The notes below the pieces were generated by a model that ran no database searches, was not told where the DNA came from, and saw only the letters and a list, made by a program, of their open reading frames with translations. The position numbers were made by a program, and so were the translations under genes. A stretch of 64,000 nt of DNA, from assembly GCA_045649455.1 (NCBI GenBank), contig JAZRPV010000058.1, positions 106-64,105 on the forward strand. Reading direction: 5' to 3'. Source of the DNA: Bacilli bacterium. GTDB lineage: Bacteria > Bacillota_I > Bacilli_A > RF39 > UBA660. This document shows, piece by piece, positions 27,973 to 34,464 of the stretch. The first letter of the stretch is position 1. Each line of letters opens with the position of its first letter.

Positions 27973-30024
27973 TTATTTTTTATTAGCTTGATTGTTAGCT
28001 CTTGCCATAATATTACGCATGTCAGTAGATTGATTTCTAACTGCATCATTAGCTTTTCCAATACTTCCACCGATAGAATCATATTCCATATATTCTCCAG
28101 TGTATGTTATTTCAGTATCAGCAAGCGCTTGTTTTGCATAACCCCAAGTATCTTGAAGTTTTCCATTTTTGAATTCATGTTTTGCAGAGTCGTAATCTTG
28201 TTGGATATATCTTGCTGCTTGTGCATCTTCGATACCCGCCATTACGTTAGAATCAAATTCACTAACATTGAATGTATGACTTCCACCATCAGCATCAACA
28301 TATGTGAAGTTTCCAGCTGTATCTTTTGCTTGCATAGAAGCAGAAAGTTTTGAATAGTTGAATTTGATTCCACCAAGTGATCCATATTTTGATGGATCCA
28401 AAACACCATAATCTCCTTTTTTCTTAGACTCATCAACAGCCATACTCTTGTATTTTTTAAGTGTATCTGCAGCTTTCTTATTGGCTTCAAGAATATTTTG
28501 ATTTTTAGTTGTAAGTGATTGTCCATGTAACATTCCATATGTACTATCTGCAAGACGACCACTATATGTTGAGTGGGCTGCTCTTTGCGCATTATGCTGT
28601 TGTAATGCTTTGATTGCAGCTCCAGCACGATGGTCTTTAGCATCCATCGCAGCTGACATACCTTTATATCCACCTGTAATTCCATTTAGTAAAGCTGAAC
28701 CTGCATTTCTAGCAAAATTGAATTTGCTTCCTGGATGTAACTCATTATTTTCTTCTTTTGCAGCTCTCCATCCAGCAGCAGCTGCTCCAACAGCTCCTGC
28801 TGCACCTACTCCAATACCAAATGCTTGTCCTAATCCTCCGAATAGTTTTCCACCATCGTCTTTCATACCAAATACTTGTTTAATGAACTTAGGTGCTTGT
28901 TTAGCGAATATGAATAATCCTAAGAATATAAAGATATATGTTAAGATTCCAACTATTCCTGTTGCTTGGTTAATTACTAATCCATTCTTTGTAATATCTT
29001 CTACTAAGAAAATTACGAAGTATATAATTGCTAAACGTAAGAATAAATCTAAATAAGTTGATGTTAATAATTTAGTCCATGAACTAAATGCTTGTTTTTC
29101 TCCACTTGGATCAATATAAGCAATAATTGGTATTGGTGCTAAAAGTCTTAATATAGCTAACTTAATAGCACGTACGGCAATATCAATTGTGAAGTTTAAT
29201 AAGATATAAACAAATACTCCACCTACTATTGCTGAAATTAATCCTCTATATGCGAACATATAACGTTGATTACTGTTAAATACTTTGGCAACTAATGATG
29301 CATCATCTGCATCACATTTTTTTGATGTTAGTCCAATTACTAATTCTGGATCAGCATATAGGTCTGTATAGATTTTCTTTGTATCTTCATCTAAATCTTT
29401 ACACATCCAGTTTGCTGATTTTGTTTCATCAGTCGCACCATCTTTTAAGTTTATTCGTATAAAACCTTTTAAAATTGTCGATGTAAATAAATTAGCTGAT
29501 TGTTGTAATTTTTGTGTCTGATTTTTATTTGAACCACCGGTTTGCACGGTATTACCACCGTCGTTTGTACCGAGTATTAATCTACCTAATGTATTGTTAG
29601 ATAAAATTCTGTTTTGTAACGAATATAATGTACCAAATAATAGACCATTATTATTAAGTTGAATTTCATATTCATTTCTTGCATTTGGTATATTAATTGG
29701 AGCAATGATTGTTAACATTACTAAAGAAAACATAATACGATATATTATATTTCCGAATCCTTCTTTTTTATCTACAAATGTGTCAGGATTAACGATACCT
29801 TTTACTATTGATACCGCTAATTTAAATATCATAAATACACCTAAGATTAATTGAACTCTACCATAGAAATTTTTTACAGTTTCATTAGTGAATAATTCTG
29901 CTGATGCAACATTAAAGAATATTTGATACATCAACCCTAATAACCAATATACAACTGTATCTAATAGACGATAAATAGTTCTAATTATGTCTCCCCAGAT
30001 GTTTGCTACTGTATTATCTGTCAA
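27973..30024 (-). CDS. VirB6/TrbL-like polytopic membrane protein with a ~270-aa soluble C-terminal extension (TTG start)
   Basis: At least six hydrophobic helices in the first ~400 aa, a G/A-rich segment (GGLGQAFGIGVGAAGAVGAAAAGW), then a hydrophilic tail. Positioned between the VirB2-like and VirB3-like genes. Confidence 0.6.
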   Translation of the reverse strand: MTDNTVANIWGDIIRTIYRLLDTVVYWLLGLMYQIFFNVASAELFTNETVKNFYGRVQLILGVFMIFKLAVSIVKGIVNPDTFVDKKEGFGNIIYRIMFSLVMLTIIAPINIPNARNEYEIQLNNNGLLFGTLYSLQNRILSNNTLGRLILGTNDGGNTVQTGGSNKNQTQKLQQSANLFTSTILKGFIRINLKDGATDETKSANWMCKDLDEDTKKIYTDLYADPELVIGLTSKKCDADDASLVAKVFNSNQRYMFAYRGLISAIVGGVFVYILLNFTIDIAVRAIKLAILRLLAPIPIIAYIDPSGEKQAFSSWTKLLTSTYLDLFLRLAIIYFVIFLVEDITKNGLVINQATGIVGILTYIFIFLGLFIFAKQAPKFIKQVFGMKDDGGKLFGGLGQAFGIGVGAAGAVGAAAAGWRAAKEENNELHPGSKFNFARNAGSALLNGITGGYKGMSAAMDAKDHRAGAAIKALQQHNAQRAAHSTYSGRLADSTYGMLHGQSLTTKNQNILEANKKAADTLKKYKSMAVDESKKKGDYGVLDPSKYGSLGGIKFNYSKLSASMQAKDTAGNFTYVDADGGSHTFNVSEFDSNVMAGIEDAQAARYIQQDYDSAKHEFKNGKLQDTWGYAKQALADTEITYTGEYMEYDSIGGSIGKANDAVRNQSTDMRNIMARANNQANKK

Positions 30025-30040
30025 TTTCCATCACCTCTTT

Positions 30041-30520
30041 TTACTCTAATCCACATGTTGGATCATTACTCATTCCAAATATATCTAGTATTGCTATTGT
30101 TATTGTTGGAACAAAGAATAATAATGCTATAAGTATTAATCTTGTGATTAATTTCTTTTGGGCTTTTTTCATTCCATCATCATCGCTTGTTATAATTACC
30201 TTGGCAAATTCTACACCACTTAATACAACAACAATTGCTGGTCCTAATGCTCTAATATAATTTAAAATTTGTTGTAATAACCACGCTACTGAATCAGGGT
30301 CACTAGTTGAACCTAAGATACTGTTATTACAGTCTGCTAATATTTGTACATTCTTATTTACAGTAGATGCTAAAAAGATGCTATCTTCTTGATACCATTT
30401 TTCTTCCACTTTATAACTTGTATTATTTTGATTATACTCTTTAGCATCAACGGATGCAGGCATAAATAATAACGTCATAATTAATACTACTGCAATGTAT
30501 AAAATACGTTTGTTTTTCAT
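30041..30520 (-). CDS. VirB2/TrbC-like pilin-type protein, long form (signal peptide + ectodomain + two-helix hairpin)
   Basis: Start set at the ATG at 30520 (GGAG upstream), giving signal peptide MKNKRILYIAVVLIMTLLFMPASVDA. The C-terminal hairpin VEFAKVIITSDDDGMKKAQKKLITRLILIALLFFVPTITIAILDIF is paralogous to 30609-30938. Confidence 0.6.
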   Translation of the reverse strand: MKNKRILYIAVVLIMTLLFMPASVDAKEYNQNNTSYKVEEKWYQEDSIFLASTVNKNVQILADCNNSILGSTSDPDSVAWLLQQILNYIRALGPAIVVVLSGVEFAKVIITSDDDGMKKAQKKLITRLILIALLFFVPTITIAILDIFGMSNDPTCGLE

Positions 30521-30566
30521 AAAAAGATCACTCCATATACATTTTATCACAATAAGTATAACAAAG

Positions 30567-30601
30567 AAAAAAAAAAATAGCAATGATACACTATTTTTTT
30601 T
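30567..30601 (-). other. A8...T11 inverted homopolymer hairpin between the two VirB2-like genes (weak attenuator or slippage-prone tract)
   Basis: On the minus strand: AAAAAAAATAG-TGTATCATTG-CTATTTTTTTTTTT. It is followed by a TGATAAAAT extended -10-like element at 30541-30549. Confidence 0.35.
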
Positions 30602-30608
30602 ATTGATA

Positions 30609-30938
30609 TTATTTTGCTTGATTCCAGCAAGCTTCCCATCCACCAGTATTTCCAGTTTCTCCTGCTGAAATTAAGTTCATTACAACTGTTACAAGAACTA
30701 CAACGAAATAAATAATTGCTGTATAAATAGCACGTTTAATAGCTCTTCCTTGAGCTGCTTTTACTTCTTTTTCATCACTTGCGATTACTGCTTTAGCAAT
30801 ATCAATTGTTACTAATAAAATAAGTACAATTGGCATGATTAAGTATAAAATCCAGAATAATCCTTTTCTTACTACTTTTACTAATGGTAATAATCCACCG
30901 CATGCATCAAGTGCTCCAATTTGAAATAAATTTGACAT
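30609..30938 (-). CDS. VirB2/TrbC-like pilin-type protein, short form
   Basis: Start set at the ATG at 30938 (AAAGGAGAGG upstream). 109 aa with two hydrophobic helices around a charged loop (IDIAKAVIASDEKEVKAAQGRAIKRAIYTAIIYFVVVLV) and Cys residues on both sides of the hairpin. Confidence 0.6.
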   Translation of the reverse strand: MSNLFQIGALDACGGLLPLVKVVRKGLFWILYLIMPIVLILLVTIDIAKAVIASDEKEVKAAQGRAIKRAIYTAIIYFVVVLVTVVMNLISAGETGNTGGWEACWNQAK

Positions 30939-30962
30939 ACAAACCTCTCCTTTACTAAGAAT

Positions 30963-30991
30963 ATCATACATTATAACATTTTCTTTGTCAA
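30963..30991 (-). promoter_or_regulatory. Candidate internal promoter upstream of the short VirB2-like gene
   Basis: TTGACA (30986-30991), 17-nt spacer, TATGAT (30963-30968), overlapped by an extended -10 TGTTATAAT (30970-30978). Confidence 0.45.
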
Positions 30992-30995
30992 TTAA

Positions 30996-32012
30996 TTAAC
31001 GTCTAAACAAACCAAATACCTTTGATTCTTTCTTTTCTACGGGTTTTTCAGATACTAATCCAAGTCGTCTTAGTAATTCAACAACCTCGTTATTTTGCTT
31101 ACGTTCATTAAGTGGTGGCATATTATAAAATACTTTTATTCCTGCTTCATATTCAAATTCGCTTAAATCCTTGCTGTTTAATAAACTTTTATTTAATACA
31201 ACTTTCTTATGTTTAAGTCGGTTGAATATACTTCTGTTAGTTTTTATTAACTTATTTAATTTTATTGTACTAGGTTCTACTAAGTAGATAACATCTGTAC
31301 ACATTGTTAAATCATCGTAATCAGCTATATCAACTAATAAAATTGCTCTTCCACGATATTTTTCAATTGTAGCTCTTATACTATCAGGATTTACTGATAA
31401 CATATTTTTTTCATTGAAAATTGGAAAATCTTTTTTATTAATTTCCATGGCTATTACTTTTTCACCATAAATAGCATTTAATTCCTTTTTCATCATATAT
31501 GTTAATGTTGTGGAACCGGCATGCTCTGTAGCATTTTTTACACCGATAATTGTATTCATAGCGAATGTTGCATCTTTTTTTTCTTCAGTTTTATCAGGTT
31601 GTTTATTAGGATCTCTAATTACTCCTCCACCACCCATTTTTTGGATATGCTCTACATCTTGTAAGGTGTTTGGTTTTTTTAATAAATATTTAACACCATC
31701 TGTATTAGTTGTAAAGTTATAAATTCCTAATGTTACAAGTGGTGCTAAAAATTGAGGAGTACACAAATTAGTTCCTTCAGGTAAGAATAAAACTAATTTT
31801 TCTGGACCTAAACCTCTTGCTAAAACTTGGTATGCTTGAATATTATTGTAATCTTTTATTGATGTTACGTCTAAAATAATTTTTTCGCAGAAGAAATCTT
31901 TAAACATTTCTACTATTTCGAATGCTGTATAATTACCTTGAATATTTTTGATTATATCAACATCTAATACTGCTAATTTTTGTTGTTGTTCATTTGTTAC
32001 TATAACGTTCAA
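30996..32012 (-). CDS. TadZ/CpaE-like protein (receiver-like N-domain + ParA/MinD-like domain with degenerate P-loop), TTG start
   Basis: The N-terminal ~120 aa is receiver-like. The C-terminal domain has the ParA/MinD layout (IIGVKNATEHAGSTTL ... AILLVDIADYDD ... YLVEPS ... VVLNK) but no GK[ST]. Confidence 0.5.
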   Translation of the reverse strand: MNVIVTNEQQQKLAVLDVDIIKNIQGNYTAFEIVEMFKDFFCEKIILDVTSIKDYNNIQAYQVLARGLGPEKLVLFLPEGTNLCTPQFLAPLVTLGIYNFTTNTDGVKYLLKKPNTLQDVEHIQKMGGGGVIRDPNKQPDKTEEKKDATFAMNTIIGVKNATEHAGSTTLTYMMKKELNAIYGEKVIAMEINKKDFPIFNEKNMLSVNPDSIRATIEKYRGRAILLVDIADYDDLTMCTDVIYLVEPSTIKLNKLIKTNRSIFNRLKHKKVVLNKSLLNSKDLSEFEYEAGIKVFYNMPPLNERKQNNEVVELLRRLGLVSEKPVEKKESKVFGLFRR

Positions 32013-32018
32013 GAATCA

Positions 32019-32477
32019 TCACCATCCAATTACTATTGGTTTTGTATCACCAGTTACTTGGAATATTTTAAGTCCTGGCATTATTTTATTGAAAATTGGT
32101 ATATCAATATTAATTTGTGTTACTATTTTGAAATAGGCTCTTTGCTTCATATCATCATTTGGCCCACCTGCTGTTGTAGTTATATCTACTCTTTTGAAAC
32201 AATAACCATAATGGCAGTTCCATCCTGGTTCATTTATATTGAAGCTTGGTGCATTGTATCCTACTGAAGCCATATATTTTTGGATTTCATAGTTACAAGT
32301 TCCTTCTGTTGCTGTATCATAACAGTTCCCTTCAAATTGTTCAAATGTAGTTATAATCTTATTTTTTACCCTAAATGCTTTTGTATAGTTAACATTGAAT
32401 GCTAAATATCCAGAAACGATTACAAGGAAAACAACGATTACCACGATATTGGCAATACCTCCAAAAGCATCACGCAT
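32019..32477 (-). CDS. TadE-like / minor-pilin-like membrane-anchored protein
   Basis: Short N-terminus plus a hydrophobic helix (MRDAFGGIANIVVIVVFLVIVSGYLAF) and a 4-Cys ectodomain, immediately downstream of the Flp-like ORF. Confidence 0.45.
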   Translation of the reverse strand: MRDAFGGIANIVVIVVFLVIVSGYLAFNVNYTKAFRVKNKIITTFEQFEGNCYDTATEGTCNYEIQKYMASVGYNAPSFNINEPGWNCHYGYCFKRVDITTTAGGPNDDMKQRAYFKIVTQINIDIPIFNKIMPGLKIFQVTGDTKPIVIGW

Positions 32478-32498
32478 CTATAATACACCCTCTTTTTA

Positions 32499-32666
32499 CT
32501 AAATTTGTCTTTCGATCGCTACCATTCCAGTACCTGAAATGTTTTGCCATTGTGTATTCAAAGAATTTTGAATATTTGGCCACATTAACCAGAAAAATCC
32601 GATTACTGCTCCGATAGCTATTAATGTAATAACTGTTAAATTTAATTCTCCTGTTGCTGCTTGCAT
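32499..32666 (-). CDS. Flp/Tad-type pilin candidate, 55 aa (absent from the ORF track)
   Basis: ATG at 32666 with AAAGGATG upstream, TAG at 32499-32501. Translation by hand: MQAATGELNLTVITLIAIGAVIGFFWLMWPNIQNSLNTQWQNISGTGMVAIERQI. Short leader ending in Gly, one hydrophobic helix, and its own promoter. Confidence 0.6.
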   Translation of the reverse strand: MQAATGELNLTVITLIAIGAVIGFFWLMWPNIQNSLNTQWQNISGTGMVAIERQI

Positions 32667-32697
32667 TAAATTTCACATCCTTTCATCCTATGATTAA

Positions 32698-32726
32698 ATT
32701 ATATCAAAATTAAATTTTATTAACAA
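32698..32726 (-). promoter_or_regulatory. Near-consensus internal promoter driving the Flp-like ORF
   Basis: TTGTTA (32721-32726), 17-nt spacer ending in TGA, then TATAAT (32698-32703), i.e. an extended -10 TGATATAAT, about 32 nt upstream of the ATG. Confidence 0.55.
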
Positions 32727-32742
32727 TAATTTTAGTTTTACT

Positions 32743-33549
32743 TTACATATTGAACATCATCATCATTGCAATTAGGATAATTATCATTACACCAACTCCA
32801 GTTACAACTAACATAATCATTGTTTGGCTTTCCATATATCCTAGACGTTCTTTATATTTAGTTTCTCTTGCTTTATTTTGTAATGATGAAACTGTCTTTG
32901 AGAACATCATTAAACGTTCTTGTTTCTTTTCTTGAGAACCTAATCCAAGACGATATAAAAGTCTCATCATACGCATTGAATCTCTTACTGGGTATGTATT
33001 TGCAAATTCCATATAAGGTTCAATTGTTGAATCTCCAGAATTAATTCTATCAATTAATTTTCTTAGACCAGGTCTAAAGATTTCTGGAGCATCCTCTATT
33101 GATTTTCCTAGCGCTACTGGTACAGTGTAGTGTTGAATCAAAATTTCCAAACTCTTTAAATAGTATGGTAACATTATGTCAATTTCATGCAAATGTTTTT
33201 TATAATAACCTTTTAATTGTGTATAATTACTTTTAAACATGAAATATGCTACTACTGTAGATAACACTAAATTTAGGAAGAATTGTGATGACATTAGTCC
33301 ACCAGATGATCCTCCTAATGAAAATGCTAATACCATGAAGAATGCTATGATTGCAGATGATATTCTTTTCGAATATAAAATATCTGCATCAGCTTCTTCA
33401 CCATATCTAGCGGCAACTAAGAATGAATAATCTTCTTCTCTTAGCATTTCTAATAATTTTTCATTGTCGGCAAAGAATTTATTTTTATCGATGGTTTTGT
33501 TATATGATAATACAAATAATATTATCGCTGCTACTATTAATATTTCCAT
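32743..33549 (-). CDS. TadC-like T2SS-F family inner-membrane platform protein
   Basis: TM helices flank a cytoplasmic GspF-like domain (LPYYLKSLEILIQHYTVPVALGKSIEDAPEIFRPGLRKLIDRINSGDSTIEPYMEFA...). The ATG overlaps the upstream stop (TAATG). Confidence 0.65.
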   Translation of the reverse strand: MEILIVAAIILFVLSYNKTIDKNKFFADNEKLLEMLREEDYSFLVAARYGEEADADILYSKRISSAIIAFFMVLAFSLGGSSGGLMSSQFFLNLVLSTVVAYFMFKSNYTQLKGYYKKHLHEIDIMLPYYLKSLEILIQHYTVPVALGKSIEDAPEIFRPGLRKLIDRINSGDSTIEPYMEFANTYPVRDSMRMMRLLYRLGLGSQEKKQERLMMFSKTVSSLQNKARETKYKERLGYMESQTMIMLVVTGVGVMIIILIAMMMMFNM

Positions 33550-34451
33550 TATTCAGCACCTACATTCTCATTATAATATTTTTCTCCTCTTAATAAGAAG
33601 TATGTATTTATAATTAATACTCCGTGAAGAAGTACTTGTATATACCATCTTTGTAATAAAATAATATAAGTTTCTCTACCTAATAAATATTGTACAATCA
33701 TAACCATTAAATAAAGAATAATTCCGAATTGTAAGAATTGTTTATGGAATTGTTGTCTTTCAATACGGTCACGATATACACTTTCAATTAACATGTCGAT
33801 ATCTAATTGCATGTTATCTAATGAATCAGCACTATTACGTGCACCTTCTTTTGTAATTTGTAAGAATAATTGGTGCATGTTTTTAACTATATAATATGGG
33901 TATTTTTCACTCATATAGTTAACTGCTTCATCAATTGTACCATTGTCATATGATAATTCAATCATGTATGCTACATCACTTAATACTGGATCTTCTAAGA
34001 TTCCTGAATCTCTTACACCTTCTAGTGCTTTAACAAATGATTGAGTTGTAGCAAATTCCATAATAACGTTTGATGTATATACTTGGATTTGCTCAAAAAT
34101 ATATTCACTATATACTCTCTTACATCTTAGATATGCTAAATATGGCACAAAAGCCATTGATACTAAAACATAGACAACTGTTGTTGTTACACTATAGAAG
34201 TATAGATATGTAACAATTCCAGTAAATCCTGATATCATGGCTATTTGCATTGCATATTGTCTTGGAGTATATTCTTGTCCTAACTCTTTTGTTTTATCAC
34301 GAACCATTTTGAAGGAATATGGAGCAAATTTGTCATAGACAACTTGTACTTGTGATGTAATATACTTTCCAACGTTTTGTCCTTGATAGTTACGATACAT
34401 TATTAAAGCTACGGCAATGGCAATTAATATTAATAACTCTTCTAAAAACAT
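33549..34451 (-). CDS. TadB-like T2SS-F family inner-membrane platform protein
   Basis: GspF-like domain (FATTQSFVKALEGVRDSGILEDPVLSDVAYMIE...IDEAVNYMSEKYPYYIVKNMHQLFLQITKEGA) flanked by TM helices. Confidence 0.65.
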   Translation of the reverse strand: MFLEELLILIAIAVALIMYRNYQGQNVGKYITSQVQVVYDKFAPYSFKMVRDKTKELGQEYTPRQYAMQIAMISGFTGIVTYLYFYSVTTTVVYVLVSMAFVPYLAYLRCKRVYSEYIFEQIQVYTSNVIMEFATTQSFVKALEGVRDSGILEDPVLSDVAYMIELSYDNGTIDEAVNYMSEKYPYYIVKNMHQLFLQITKEGARNSADSLDNMQLDIDMLIESVYRDRIERQQFHKQFLQFGIILYLMVMIVQYLLGRETYIILLQRWYIQVLLHGVLIINTYFLLRGEKYYNENVGAE

Positions 34452-34464
34452 ATTTTACTCCTTC

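Noticed and set aside
28242-29056. 147-aa minus-strand alternate-frame ORF (28242-28685) and 148-aa plus-strand ORF (28610-29056) inside the VirB6-like gene
   Set aside because: Both are embedded in the G/A-rich part of a long, coherent membrane-protein ORF. Their compositions are mirror or frame-shift artefacts, and neither has an initiation signal.
30521-30643. N-terminal extension of the 200-aa ORF (MDGKLAGIKQNNINKKNSVSLLFFFFFVILIV...)
   Set aside because: The extension is translated from the A/T homopolymer hairpin and overlaps the upstream gene. The internal ATG at 30520 has a GGAG RBS and yields a textbook Sec signal peptide.
32470-32676. 68-aa minus-strand ORF from the track (MKFNASSNRRIKFNSYYINSYRS...)
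   Set aside because: It is basic with no hydrophobic segment or recognisable RBS, and it overlaps the start of the TadE-like gene. The 55-aa ORF in the other frame has an RBS, a promoter and pilin-like architecture, and better explains the interval.
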